This document shows positions 21,681 to 31,854 of a DNA stretch of 64,000 nt, piece after piece. The notes under the pieces are model-generated. The model saw only the letters and a program-made list of their open reading frames with translations. It made no database searches and was not told where the DNA came from. Positions within the stretch are counted from its first letter, which is position 1, and each line of letters begins with the position of its first letter. This DNA is from Desulfosudaceae bacterium (lineage in GTDB: Bacteria; Desulfobacterota; Desulfobacteria; Desulfobacterales; Desulfosudaceae). A program made the translations under genes and the position numbers. The stretch spans positions 1,152,001 to 1,216,000 of the forward strand of contig CAXXDV010000001.1 in NCBI GenBank assembly GCA_963674745.2, in the 5' to 3' direction.

Positions 21681-22485
21681 GATGATTCCTCTCTTTTTTT
21701 GATGTTATCCCTTCAATGTTCATGACCTCGGTTGACATGCTGCCGACCAGGGCGCCGGCGCTTTTGGGAGGCGCGTATTTCAAGGCCAGGGGACGCGTTC
21801 TGAAACGGGGAACCAGCAACGCCGATACACCGGCAAAGGCGCCGAACGGAAACCGTTTCATCAGGCCGGAGGATTCCATTTTCCGTAAAACACTGCCTTC
21901 AAAATAGGGTAAATGACAGATGGTTTTCCACTTGACAGGAACATCACCCATGATGGCGCGAATCTCCGACTTAAGTTCCCAGACACTGAAAAACCGTGCT
22001 TTGTTATAAATGGATTCGGAAAATACACCTCTTACCCGGCGTTCTATTCCTTTGATGGCATAGCGGTTCATCACACCGATAAAGACTTTATCTTTGGCTA
22101 CCCGGCAGGCCTCCCGCAAAGCGGCCCGGGGGTCCTCAACAAACTCGAGTGAAGCAAAAAAAACGGTATGGTTAAAAGAGTTATCGCCAAAAGGCAGGTC
22201 TTCGGCAATCCCCCGGTAGAGATCCGCCCGACGGTTGATTCGTTTATAAGCGACATCCAGCATATAGGGAGAAGGGTCTATTCCGGTCACATCAAGGCCC
22301 TTGTCCAGTAATGTGAGCAGGCTGGTGCCGATGCCGCAGCCGATATCCAGAACGCTTTCGCCGGAAACCGGTTTGAGCATGTCACACATCAACGCCCCTT
22401 CCAGACGGGCAATATCGCCATACCGTCGATCCTGACGCTCTTTTTCAAAGGCTTGAGAATCTTTCTGGTTGAATACGTATCCCAT
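21661..22485 (-). CDS. Class I SAM-dependent methyltransferase
   Basis: VLDIGCGIG, GIDPS and AEDLPF motifs. Confidence 0.85.
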   Translation of the reverse strand: MGYVFNQKDSQAFEKERQDRRYGDIARLEGALMCDMLKPVSGESVLDIGCGIGTSLLTLLDKGLDVTGIDPSPYMLDVAYKRINRRADLYRGIAEDLPFGDNSFNHTVFFASLEFVEDPRAALREACRVAKDKVFIGVMNRYAIKGIERRVRGVFSESIYNKARFFSVWELKSEIRAIMGDVPVKWKTICHLPYFEGSVLRKMESSGLMKRFPFGAFAGVSALLVPRFRTRPLALKYAPPKSAGALVGSMSTEVMNIEGITSKKERNHRGSVVL

Positions 22486-22533
22486 AAGTCAAAAATACGA
22501 AACCCTTCTGTTTTTATCAAGCAGCACTGCTGG

Positions 22534-23061
22534 TTACAATTTATTCGTCTTCTTTTTAACCTTTCGCTGCTTCCGGGAAAGGCGGAAGCGGGGTCCTTTT
22601 TTTCTGGTTGAAACCGCCGGCAATGGATACTCCTCCTCATCTTCCGGCAATATCTCCCCGGAAGATTCCGGCAAGGAGAATAACTTGCTGTCAAAAGCCT
22701 CAGAACGAATCACCGTCGCCCCCTGGGCCGCGGCAAAGTCCGAAACATCACGATCCGAGCTGACCACCAGGGCTTTTCCTTTTTCCCGGGCAGCCAGTTG
22801 CTTGATCACCAAATCGGCGGTCTGACCGGTTTGTGAAAAAATCACTTCTACGCCTTTAACCTTTTCTTTTCGGGTCAGATCAGACGGTGCCCGGGTGCCG
22901 TCAAACACGACAGTTACGGCATGCGGCTTGCGGCGTATATACGCGGCCAGGCTGTTAATCAGAGCTTCTCTTTCCTGCTGCAAATCCCGGGTGTTGAGAA
23001 AAAGTGATGACATGGATTGACGAATAAAATTATACCCGTCGATTATGATATGAACCGCCAT
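22534..23061 (-). CDS. NYN/YacP-like PIN-fold RNase
   Basis: IIDGYN, VVFDG, TADLVI and VVSSDR motifs. Confidence 0.85.
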   Translation of the reverse strand: MAVHIIIDGYNFIRQSMSSLFLNTRDLQQEREALINSLAAYIRRKPHAVTVVFDGTRAPSDLTRKEKVKGVEVIFSQTGQTADLVIKQLAAREKGKALVVSSDRDVSDFAAAQGATVIRSEAFDSKLFSLPESSGEILPEDEEEYPLPAVSTRKKGPRFRLSRKQRKVKKKTNKL

Positions 23062-23169
23062 AGGTCAAACATGCTGAGCTTATAAAATGTTGCCTCTCCC
23101 CCCCTGACAGAATTCTGAAGCCTAAGTTTACGACGGTAAAAGAAAAAATTCAAGACCGGTTTAAATTTA

Positions 23170-24081
23170 TTATTTATCCAGAAGCGCCAGCAACCGGTTC
23201 AGATCATCGTCAGTGTAAAATTCGATTTCAATCTTTCCCCGACGGCCTTTGCGCTGAATCCGGACTTTGGTACCAAAGATCCGGGAAAACTTTTCTGCCA
23301 GAGACGAAAGGTGGGTGGCAGCACTGTCATCGCCTGTTTTGCCTGTCGCGGCAGCCGCTTTGGCGGGGGTACCGGTTTTTTTAATCAGCGCTTCGGTCTG
23401 CCTGACCGAAAGCGCTTTGGTCAGGATTTCTTTCCAGGCAGCATTCTGCTGTTGCGGTGTTTTTGCCCCTAGCAATGCCCGGGCATGCCCCATGGTCAAA
23501 TCACCCTTGATGATGCTGTCCTGGATATAATCGGGCAGTTTTCGCAGTCTCAGCAGATTGGTAATGGTTGTCCGATTTTTTCCTACACTGGCCGCAACCT
23601 GCTCCTGTGAAAAACCGAATTCAGAGACCAGCCGGTGGTAACCATCGGCCTCTTCAATGGGGTTTAAATTTTCCCGCTGGACATTTTCCATGATGGAATA
23701 AACCAGATGCTGCCTGTCGTCCATCTCCCGGACAATGACCGGTACCTGGGAAAGTCCGGCCATTTTAGCGGCACGAAGCCGTCGCTCACCGGCCACAAGC
23801 TCAAAGCCGGAAGGAGATTTGCGGACCAGGATCGGCTGAATGACGCCCTCCTGGCGGATGGAATCAGCCAGTTCGGTCAGCTCCTGTTCCGAAAACACCG
23901 TCCTGGACTGATAGCGATTAGGTCCTATTTGCTTGATATCACAAAGAAAGTAATCTTTTTCACTCCCGGCCTGGGTAACGACCTGAATATCAGGAAAAAG
24001 CGCGTCCAGCCCCCTGCCCAGAACCCGTTTTTTGCGGGCCGCCTCTTTTTTTCCTGTTTTCTTTGACGGTTTTGTCGACAT
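23170..24081 (-). CDS. parB: ParB/Spo0J chromosome partitioning protein
   Basis: LGRGLDAL, GVIQPILVR, AGERRLRA, ENVQRENLN, HTH and GHARALL motifs. Confidence 0.95.
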   Translation of the reverse strand: MSTKPSKKTGKKEAARKKRVLGRGLDALFPDIQVVTQAGSEKDYFLCDIKQIGPNRYQSRTVFSEQELTELADSIRQEGVIQPILVRKSPSGFELVAGERRLRAAKMAGLSQVPVIVREMDDRQHLVYSIMENVQRENLNPIEEADGYHRLVSEFGFSQEQVAASVGKNRTTITNLLRLRKLPDYIQDSIIKGDLTMGHARALLGAKTPQQQNAAWKEILTKALSVRQTEALIKKTGTPAKAAAATGKTGDDSAATHLSSLAEKFSRIFGTKVRIQRKGRRGKIEIEFYTDDDLNRLLALLDK

Positions 24082-24099
24082 TTTTTAAACAAACCCCCG

Positions 24100-24873
24100 T
24101 TAAGACCTTGCCAGGAGCTCCCTGGCCAGCGACAGATAGCTTTTGGCACCGGCAGAAGCCGGGGCATATTGCGTAATCGGCAGACCGTAACTCGGTGCTT
24201 CCCCCAGCCTGACATTTCTTGGAATCCGCGTATTAAAAACCAGGTCCGCGAAATAATTTTCCGTATCCTCGGTTACCTGATGAGACAGGTTGGTCCGCGT
24301 ATCAAACATGGTCAGCAAAATTCCGGCTATTTTCAGTGGCGGGTTCAGCACCTGCTTAATGCGTTTAATCGTTTGAATCAACTGCCCCAGGCCTTCTAAA
24401 GCGTAAAATTCGCTCTGCAGCGGAATCAACACGGAATCGGCAGCCGATATGGCGTTGATTGTCAGCAGGCTCAAGGATGGCGGGCAATCCAGAAGAATAT
24501 AGTCATAGGCGCCATTTAATTCGGCAATGCTGTTTTTCAGCACTTTTTCCTTGTCCGGGGCGTCAACCATTTCCACTTCAAACCCGGACAATTCGATTTT
24601 TGAAGGGATTATCTTCAAGTTATCCACAGCCGTATCCACCACCACGCCGCTTGCCTGCTCGGCACCGATCAGAACATGATAAAGCGTTCTGCTTAACGTC
24701 GCCTTGTCAATGCCGACACCGGTGGTGGCATTGGCCTGAGGGTCACAATCAACCAACAGCGTCTTCTGCCCGGACGCGGCCAGAGCCGCCGCCAGATTGA
24801 CCGCCGTGGTTGTTTTACCCACCCCGCCCTTCTGATTGGCTATACAGATTACGTTTGTCATAACGTCTGCCAT
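24100..24873 (-). CDS. parA: ParA/Soj ATPase (start 24873 or 24861)
   Basis: NQKGGVGKTT, DCDPQANAT, DCPPSL and EAPSYG motifs. Confidence 0.95.
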   Translation of the reverse strand: MADVMTNVICIANQKGGVGKTTTAVNLAAALAASGQKTLLVDCDPQANATTGVGIDKATLSRTLYHVLIGAEQASGVVVDTAVDNLKIIPSKIELSGFEVEMVDAPDKEKVLKNSIAELNGAYDYILLDCPPSLSLLTINAISAADSVLIPLQSEFYALEGLGQLIQTIKRIKQVLNPPLKIAGILLTMFDTRTNLSHQVTEDTENYFADLVFNTRIPRNVRLGEAPSYGLPITQYAPASAGAKSYLSLARELLARS

Positions 24874-24919
24874 ACCACAAAACATTTTCTTTGGAAAGAA
24901 TATATGATAAGGGTTTTAC

Positions 24920-26368
24920 ATGTATCCGCAAACAAAATTTTTCCCTGTTTTAACGCTGATTATAACGGGATTGTTTCTGCTGTCGGTAACGACAACCCCA
25001 GTTCGGGCACTGACGGTTTCTGAAGAGCGGGAGCTTGGTGACGAATTTGTGAAACACGCCCGCGAGGCTTACGCGTTTGTAGACGACCCTTTTGTTAACG
25101 ACTACATTAACCGGCTGGGTCAGAAGCTGGTGGCAGCCTTTCCGGCACAACCCTTTGATTTTAATTTTTATATTATCAAAAACCCCGTTTATAACGCTTT
25201 CGCAGCGCCGGCCGGACACGTTTTTATCCATAGCGGCCTGATCAGCGCCATGGATTCCGAAAGCGAACTGGCCGGCATCCTGGCACATGAAATCGCCCAT
25301 GTGTACTGCCGACATATATCCGAAAAAATTGAAAAATCAAAAAAGCTGTCGCTGGCTACCCTGGCCGGGATAACAGCCGGCATCTTTCTCGGCAGCGGCG
25401 CCCTGGCCATTGGTTCGGCTGCCGCAGGACAGGCCGCCAGCCTGGCTTACAGCCGACAGGACGAACAACAGGCAGACCAGATCGGTGTTCAGTATATGGC
25501 GGCCGCCAATTACAATGCTCAGGGGCTGCTGACCATGTTGAAAAAGATCAAGGACAAACACTGGTTCACTGAACTGGAAGTACCCACATACCTGACCACA
25601 CATCCTGGAACAGACGAGCGCATTGTCTACATCGATTCTATGCTGGCTTCTGATCGATACAGGCCCCGACAACCACAAACTCCTGAAAATGAAGCGGATT
25701 TCCGTTTAGCGTGGACGATTATCACGGCCACCTGTGACGATGCCGACCTGGCGCTAAAACAGATGAAAGCGCGAATCGACCGCGATGACAAGGACGCTCT
25801 GGCGCATTTGGGCTACGCGCTGGCTTTGTCCAGAAAAGCGCGGCATGCTGAAGCCATTGCACATTTGTACACGGCCCTTGACGAAAACGTCTTTGTACCC
25901 CAGATATTAACAACCCTGGGAATCACCTATGTTCTTACGGGCAACTACGAAAAAGCACTGAAAATATTGGAAGACATTCCGGAAACACCTTACTGGGACT
26001 ATAAAAAGCAGTTTTTTCAGGCTGAGGCCGCTGAAAACACCGGTCAGCCGGAAAAAAGCATTGCCCTGCTTGAAGACATAATCAGCAAAAAACCGGATTA
26101 TTACAATGCCGTCTATGCCCTGGGCATGATATACGGCCGGCATGAACAACCGTCCCAGGCGCATTATTATCTGGGTCTTTACTACCATAATATCAAAGAC
26201 CCGAAAAATGCCATGTTTCACCTCCAAAAGGCGCTTGATCTGACCGATGACCCGGAGCGTAAAAAAGAAATCAAGGACCTGATGACGTCTTCCGGAAAAG
26301 ATAACCGCCGCACACCGCCCAACAAGTCGACCAATATACGTAACCTTTCAAAATTAAAATTCTTCTGA
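24920..26368 (+). CDS. M48 family metalloprotease with TPR repeats (BepA-like)
   Basis: Signal peptide; NAFAAPAG, HEIAH (HExxH), YSR..E..AD and THP...ER motifs; C-terminal TPRs. Confidence 0.9.
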   Translation: MYPQTKFFPVLTLIITGLFLLSVTTTPVRALTVSEERELGDEFVKHAREAYAFVDDPFVNDYINRLGQKLVAAFPAQPFDFNFYIIKNPVYNAFAAPAGHVFIHSGLISAMDSESELAGILAHEIAHVYCRHISEKIEKSKKLSLATLAGITAGIFLGSGALAIGSAAAGQAASLAYSRQDEQQADQIGVQYMAAANYNAQGLLTMLKKIKDKHWFTELEVPTYLTTHPGTDERIVYIDSMLASDRYRPRQPQTPENEADFRLAWTIITATCDDADLALKQMKARIDRDDKDALAHLGYALALSRKARHAEAIAHLYTALDENVFVPQILTTLGITYVLTGNYEKALKILEDIPETPYWDYKKQFFQAEAAENTGQPEKSIALLEDIISKKPDYYNAVYALGMIYGRHEQPSQAHYYLGLYYHNIKDPKNAMFHLQKALDLTDDPERKKEIKDLMTSSGKDNRRTPPNKSTNIRNLSKLKFF

Positions 26369-26385
26369 TCTGTTTTGAGTTTTAT

Positions 26386-28032
26386 ATGATTCCACCTTCG
26401 ACGATGACATCAAAATCCGATGATGTTTTTTCTTTTATAAAATGCGACTCATCGTTTGAGTCTGTTTATACGGCTGTAGCCGGCATGCAGTTCTCGATCC
26501 ACCAGCAGTCACCCGAGAAACTGCTGGCCACGATCCGTTCGCTGGCCAGGGTTCTGGAAAAAGAACACCACGATAAGCAACGCCAATCCTATTTTCTGCA
26601 CAAAAAGACGGCCGACACATTAAAGGACATCATAACCGGAACCCATCAAACGGTTATTGCCGCTGATGCCGGCCGGGTTCTGGTCCAATGTCTCTCTAAA
26701 AGCGGATCTACCGCTCTACGGGCCGCAGCCGAAGCGCTGGGCGCGCTGCCTGTTTCGCTGCCCCCTCTGCCGGGACCGGCATCACCGGCTTTTTGCAACG
26801 ACGCTGTCGCGAAGGATATCACCTGGGCGGCATTACTGAACAAAACAGGCGAAAAAGCCACCGGAAAACCATACTGGAAAGGGCGGAACCTGATTGTGCC
26901 GCTGCTACGCTCCGGCCGGGTTCTGACGATCAAAACCGCCATGCAACCTGATGAACAAGCGATGCTTTATGCCGAGGGCGCATGGATGGAGCATCTTTCT
27001 AAAACCTGGCCCCTTCTCTGCGACCGGCCGGACATTTTTACCATTCCTAAGCCCTTAAGCATAAATGGTAATTATGTATTTAAACTAAACGGGTTTCCCG
27101 GCGCAGCATCGGGAACCTCAGCCTCTCGGTATGCCACCGGTTTTATTTCCCATCCGGATTACTTCCGCTATCCGAATGAGCATGAACCATCCCGACCTTT
27201 ATCAAACAGAAAAATTCTGTCCATGTTGAGCAACGGCGCTTTTATTCTCGGAAAACTGACCGCTTCCGGCATTATCCACACGGCGCCTATTCCGCTATTT
27301 CACAATCGTGTTCAGCGCCATCGAAGGGAAGACGGCGGCGTATATCAGTGGCCGCGGGGTGGGCGTCTTGACCGCTGGCTTGATTCCTGCCGTTATCCCA
27401 ACATCGGCAAAACCGGGCTGAGGGATTTTGAACATTTTATCGGTTTTAACGACAGCCCGAAAAAACTTTATGAATATATCGGCACCCATCTGCTTAGTCT
27501 GGTACTGATCGCCGGCAGCTGTTTTCGAAACCGGGACCTGTCCCGCGTCGGTTTTGGGCCGGACGGAAAACCTGTAGACACCAGAGACCTGTTTGATCCG
27601 ATTCTGCTCAGGGCGGCCCTCAACCGTGTTTTTTACGCTTATTACCAAGGATTTACGGGTAAACGGCTAGCCGGCAGACCACCGCTTGACATGGATCGTC
27701 TGACCGCCCGGCTCATCGAGGAAATGGGTGTGGACCGACACATGGAAGAAATTTTGCGCCTGACTGAACAGCAAAACATGACGGATCAGGCGTTCTTTGA
27801 TTTTCTGACGGACCGCGGGTTTCTTCCCGAAGAAATTGCCGGCATAAAAAAAGGAACGGCCGACATCACCATTATGACCGGCCCTCATCTGGGCGCCTTT
27901 AACAGCAGAATATCTTTACCGGAGCTGACCGAGTTTACGGCCGTTGCCTCTGCCGTCTGCATCTCGGACCGCTATTTTCAGCCCCCCCCTACCGTTTCCG
28001 GAAGCGGTTGCTTTTGCCGTGCAGATCGATAG
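26386..28032 (+). CDS. SidJ-related pseudokinase
   Basis: GR.LIV, IK, YFRYPN, HTAPIPLFHN, GRLDRW, YPNIGKTGLRDFEH and GPHLGAFN motifs, recalled as characteristic of this deltaproteobacterial family. Confidence 0.7.
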   Translation: MIPPSTMTSKSDDVFSFIKCDSSFESVYTAVAGMQFSIHQQSPEKLLATIRSLARVLEKEHHDKQRQSYFLHKKTADTLKDIITGTHQTVIAADAGRVLVQCLSKSGSTALRAAAEALGALPVSLPPLPGPASPAFCNDAVAKDITWAALLNKTGEKATGKPYWKGRNLIVPLLRSGRVLTIKTAMQPDEQAMLYAEGAWMEHLSKTWPLLCDRPDIFTIPKPLSINGNYVFKLNGFPGAASGTSASRYATGFISHPDYFRYPNEHEPSRPLSNRKILSMLSNGAFILGKLTASGIIHTAPIPLFHNRVQRHRREDGGVYQWPRGGRLDRWLDSCRYPNIGKTGLRDFEHFIGFNDSPKKLYEYIGTHLLSLVLIAGSCFRNRDLSRVGFGPDGKPVDTRDLFDPILLRAALNRVFYAYYQGFTGKRLAGRPPLDMDRLTARLIEEMGVDRHMEEILRLTEQQNMTDQAFFDFLTDRGFLPEEIAGIKKGTADITIMTGPHLGAFNSRISLPELTEFTAVASAVCISDRYFQPPPTVSGSGCFCRADR

Positions 28033-28056
28033 AAGGCCGTTTTCGCCGAGAAGCCT

Positions 28057-29664
28057 CTATTTTCCGGCCCATTTACGATAGAGGGCATACTCGTGCTCAA
28101 AATTATCACTGAACAGCCCCTTGCCCAGGTTGGCGTCTATATCCTTCATGTCCCAGAAAGCCACGGTCTCGATCTCTTCCGGATTAAATCGCGGCCGGCC
28201 GTCAAAACAGCAGGTATAAGTAAACACCAGTTCGGACTCAAAATCATTGGCGTGGGTATAGTGATAGGCAAAGGCCGGGTCGACCGCTGTAATGCCCAGT
28301 TCTTCGGCCATTTCCCGGCGCATGGCGGTTTCAATGGTTTCACCGCAATCCACGTGCCCGCCGACCGATGTGTCCCATTTGCCCGGCGCCACCCGCTTGT
28401 TCATGCTTCTTTTCTGAAGCAGAATGCGGTCCCGGCTGTCGAGCACCATCACATGAACCACCCGGTGAAGCAGGTCGTTATTACCGTGAACTTCCCGCCG
28501 GGGGGCCGCGCCGCATGTTTTTCCACTGCTGTCGACCACTTCCAGCAGCTCGTAGTGACCGGCCAGAAAACAGCAGATATGTTCAGCCGCCACATCCGCG
28601 CCGTTCCTTTTTGGTGCCTCTTTAAACGGCAGGTTCAGCAATTGCGATAATTTTTCTATCCAGTTTCCGTTTTTATAGTCATCGGGCGGGATGGCTGCCC
28701 CCGGCATTTCCCGTCGTATGAATGCCTCCAGCGCCGGCCCCTCGGGAAAACCAGCCCGCCTGACATAACCAAAAGGAATACCGGCATGATAGACTTCGGC
28801 CAGGGTACTGTACCCGACTTTTCCCACAACCGCGTCGGCCGCATTTACCAGGTCCGGATGGTAATAGGCCGAATGATGCGGCAGCCGGATCACTTTTTCC
28901 TGACGTTTTCCTTTTAACGGCAAGTCAGAAAAAGCGCCCGGAACGACAAAACACACATTTTCATCAACCCGGTTTAAAGCATCCAGAAACGCCGGCGTAT
29001 CAGGAACACCGCCCATGGTAATCAGCACCATTTTCATATCTTCTCCAACGCCGAGACGATGGCGTATTTCAGATTTTTCTGTCATGGGCTTTCTGCTGAT
29101 GGGGGGCGTTGTCAGGCCGGCGGCCGGGCATGGTACACACCCCGGCATGGCCTGAATCCGTTGGTCGACAGCAGCGTATATTTCCCGCAGGTAACGGACA
29201 TGGCGCTCCAGCCGGCTGTCCTGTTCCAGGTATTTTTCATATATCCAGTCCCAGGTAAAATTTTCTATCAATACTGAGGGAAGACCGGCCTTGTCGGCTG
29301 CGGCAACCCCCCAGGGAGAAATATCACTGACGACCAGTCGGCACTTAAGCGCTTTCATCCGGTCGGCCAGAAGCACAATAGCCGTATCTGGTATTGGAAA
29401 GGCTTCATCCAGCCGGGCCACGCTGGCCTCCAGATCGACATCAAGGGCCGTGCGCTGGACCAGGCCGACATCAACCGTAACGCCATGGTAAGAAAATGGG
29501 GCCATGACGCTGTCTTTAAAAAACCACTCCGGAACCGTGGTGAACAACTCAACGTAAACAAACGGCCATCGTTCGAACACGGCATTGATTACCGCCGAAG
29601 CCCGGGCGGCATGGCCGAAACCGTGAGACGTAACAAAACAGGCGATCGATACGGTCGGTTTCAT
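28057..29664 (-). CDS. GT-B glycosyltransferase-like domain fused to C-terminal NUDIX hydrolase
   Basis: TSHGFGHAAR, VVSDI, NFTWDWIY and GKVGYST (GT-B fold); Nudix box GGHVDCGETIETAMRREMAEELG. Confidence 0.75.
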   Translation of the reverse strand: MKPTVSIACFVTSHGFGHAARASAVINAVFERWPFVYVELFTTVPEWFFKDSVMAPFSYHGVTVDVGLVQRTALDVDLEASVARLDEAFPIPDTAIVLLADRMKALKCRLVVSDISPWGVAAADKAGLPSVLIENFTWDWIYEKYLEQDSRLERHVRYLREIYAAVDQRIQAMPGCVPCPAAGLTTPPISRKPMTEKSEIRHRLGVGEDMKMVLITMGGVPDTPAFLDALNRVDENVCFVVPGAFSDLPLKGKRQEKVIRLPHHSAYYHPDLVNAADAVVGKVGYSTLAEVYHAGIPFGYVRRAGFPEGPALEAFIRREMPGAAIPPDDYKNGNWIEKLSQLLNLPFKEAPKRNGADVAAEHICCFLAGHYELLEVVDSSGKTCGAAPRREVHGNNDLLHRVVHVMVLDSRDRILLQKRSMNKRVAPGKWDTSVGGHVDCGETIETAMRREMAEELGITAVDPAFAYHYTHANDFESELVFTYTCCFDGRPRFNPEEIETVAFWDMKDIDANLGKGLFSDNFEHEYALYRKWAGK

Positions 29665-29985
29665 TTTTTTGAGTCCTTTGTTTTTTTCATCTCCTTTTTA
29701 TATCACAAACACCGGTCAGCCAAAAACCAGGAAATGACCCCCTTTTTTTCTTCGTTCCAGGGGAGTCGTTTACGCTTGAAATGAATTGTCCGGCTTTATT
29801 TTAACCGCATCTTTTTTTGTTATCAAAAACTTCAGGTTTTCGCACAATTCGCTTGTGATAAACCAAAAAAATGGCAAAATGTAAAAAAAGGGGTAAGCAC
29901 CTTTCACATAGCGCAGGAACCATCAGGTCTTTTAATAACCTATTTTAATGCTGGCAGCCAAGCGCAGACGTTTAAGTGTTTTCTC

Positions 29986-30450
29986 ATGATTATTCACATC
30001 GGTGTTATATCTGATACACACGGTCTTCTCAGGCCGGAAGCGGTTAATTATTTAAAAGGAAGTGACGTCATTATTCATGCCGGAGATGTGGGTGGCCCGG
30101 CTGTGCTCGAAGCGCTCAACGCCATTGCGCCGACATACGCCGTCCGGGGTAACACCGATTCGGGCCCCTGGGCGCAACGGTTACCGGATAAAGATATGAT
30201 CGAAATAGCAAATAAATGGTTTTATATCCTGCATATGATTGAAGACCTGGATCTTGATCCTTCGGCAGCCGGTTGTGCCGCCGTAATTTACGGACATACC
30301 CATCGACCGGATCATTACCAAAAAGACGGTGTTCTGTTTTTTAATCCCGGCAGCGCCGGTCCTTTAAGATACAAAACCGCAGCTACACTGGGACGTCTTT
30401 TCATTCGAAACGGACATCTGGAAAGCGAGATATTTACCTTAATACAGTAG
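29986..30450 (+). CDS. YfcE-type metallophosphoesterase
   Basis: ISDTHG, HAGD, VRGNTD, GHTH and NPGS motifs. Confidence 0.9.
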   Translation: MIIHIGVISDTHGLLRPEAVNYLKGSDVIIHAGDVGGPAVLEALNAIAPTYAVRGNTDSGPWAQRLPDKDMIEIANKWFYILHMIEDLDLDPSAAGCAAVIYGHTHRPDHYQKDGVLFFNPGSAGPLRYKTAATLGRLFIRNGHLESEIFTLIQ

Positions 30451-30485
30451 GTTGTCCTATAAACTGACCTTTTAGGAGGACGCTT

Positions 30486-31151
30486 ATGTTTAAAAAAGCC
30501 CTGCAGAAGCTCAAAGAACTGGCAGAAGAAGGGCGTGGCTCATTTGATCCTTCTGTTTTTAATGATCCCCTTGCCCTGCAGACGGACTGGTTCCCGGCTA
30601 AAGGTGGTGGTGCCAATTTTCGGACCCACAAACTGGTTCAAAGCAATCCGGATCGGCTGGAATTCAAAGCATCCTTCGGCATGAAACTTTTCAGTATGAT
30701 TTTTTTTCTGTCCGGCCTGGGCGTTATGATCGGTTTTTCAGCAGCAAACATTTCATCCGGTCAGCTTGCACTGAACATGGAAACCATTTTTCCGGTTCTG
30801 TTTGGCGCTATTTTTACCTGTGTTGGCGGTTGCATATTCTATTTTGGCACCCAACCGGTTGTTTTTGATCGGCAAAAAGGTTTTTTCTGGAAAGGCCGGA
30901 CCGCACCCCATGAAGTTCTAAGAAAAGACCGCCTTAAGAACTTTGCAAAATTAGACGAGATTCATGCCCTTCAACTCTTGTCTGAATATTGTCGGGGAAA
31001 CAAAAGCTCATACTACAGCTATGAAATCAACCTGGTGTTAAAAGACGGGCAACGCCTTAATGTAATTGATCATGGTAATCCAACAAAAATTCGGGAAGAT
31101 GCTCAAACCGTAGCCTCTTTTTTGGGCAAGCCGGTCTGGGATGCCATATAA
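30486..31151 (+). CDS. Hypothetical two-TM membrane protein
   Basis: AGGAGG RBS, two hydrophobic helices, SYEINLVL motif. Confidence 0.7.
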   Translation: MFKKALQKLKELAEEGRGSFDPSVFNDPLALQTDWFPAKGGGANFRTHKLVQSNPDRLEFKASFGMKLFSMIFFLSGLGVMIGFSAANISSGQLALNMETIFPVLFGAIFTCVGGCIFYFGTQPVVFDRQKGFFWKGRTAPHEVLRKDRLKNFAKLDEIHALQLLSEYCRGNKSSYYSYEINLVLKDGQRLNVIDHGNPTKIREDAQTVASFLGKPVWDAI

Positions 31152-31208
31152 GCCTGATGGTTGTTTTAGGCGTGCTTTTTAAGGAAACCTTAACGGGGGA
31201 AAAGGACG

Positions 31209-31577
31209 ATGAAAAAACTGATTGTGCTGGTGGTGCTGGTGGTTGCCGGATATTTTGCTTATCAACACGTTTATCTGGCTCAACAGGAAACAGCCGCTGT
31301 AGAAGAGGAAGAATCGTCCTCTGTTGAAAGTGAATATTACGTTGCCGATCCTGATGCGCCTATACCTGAAGGTTGTCAAAGCCTGGCGACAAATCTTGAA
31401 AACGCAATTTATGGCCATGCGACCGGTCGAGCCTCTTTTAGCCAGCGCAACTCAGCCTATCGAAAATTCAAATCATGCCTCCGTGCTGAAGGTTTATCCG
31501 ACGTTCAAATTGACAGTACGGTCAAAAGGCTTGAAGACCGTGTTCAGGGTTATTTAAAACAGGACGGTGCGCTTTAG
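31209..31577 (+). CDS. Hypothetical exported protein
   Basis: AGGA RBS, signal/anchor MKKLIVLVVLVVAGYFAY, two Cys. Confidence 0.65.
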   Translation: MKKLIVLVVLVVAGYFAYQHVYLAQQETAAVEEEESSSVESEYYVADPDAPIPEGCQSLATNLENAIYGHATGRASFSQRNSAYRKFKSCLRAEGLSDVQIDSTVKRLEDRVQGYLKQDGAL

Positions 31578-31598
31578 CGCAGACCTTAACAAGAAGCC

Positions 31599-31655
31599 AA
31601 AAGACAACATAAATGTTGTTTTCTTTATAAATAAACAATGTTTATGTTGTCTTTT
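31599..31655. promoter_or_regulatory. Inverted repeat, candidate operator 1
   Basis: AAAAGACAACATAAA (31599-31613) / TTTATGTTGTCTTTT (31641-31655). Confidence 0.55.
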
Positions 31656-31762
31656 TACCTCTTTTTGCTTTCAATAAAAAACGCCTCCTCCCGGGAAACC
31701 CAAATTTGATTTTTTCGTTTTTCGATCCAGTAGGGCGTTGTTTTATGGTCGGAAAAAATAAA

Positions 31763-31812
31763 ACAACACATAAGTTGTTTTTATTGACAACAAACAACTT
31801 ATGTGTTGTAAT
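31763..31812 (+). promoter_or_regulatory. Sigma70 promoter embedded in an 18-bp inverted repeat (candidate operator 2)
   Basis: ACAACACATAAGTTGTTT (31763-31780) / AAACAACTTATGTGTTGT (31792-31809); TTGACA (31784) - 17 nt - TGTAAT (31807). Confidence 0.7.
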
Positions 31813-31854
31813 AAAAGCACAACCAATAATTATCCATTCAAAAGACAGAAAAAC

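Noticed and set aside
23170..24919. parS site or oriC near parAB
   Set aside because: I saw no GTTTCACGTGAAAC-like palindrome or DnaA-box cluster by eye, and dnaA/gidAB are absent. A motif scan would be needed to exclude them.
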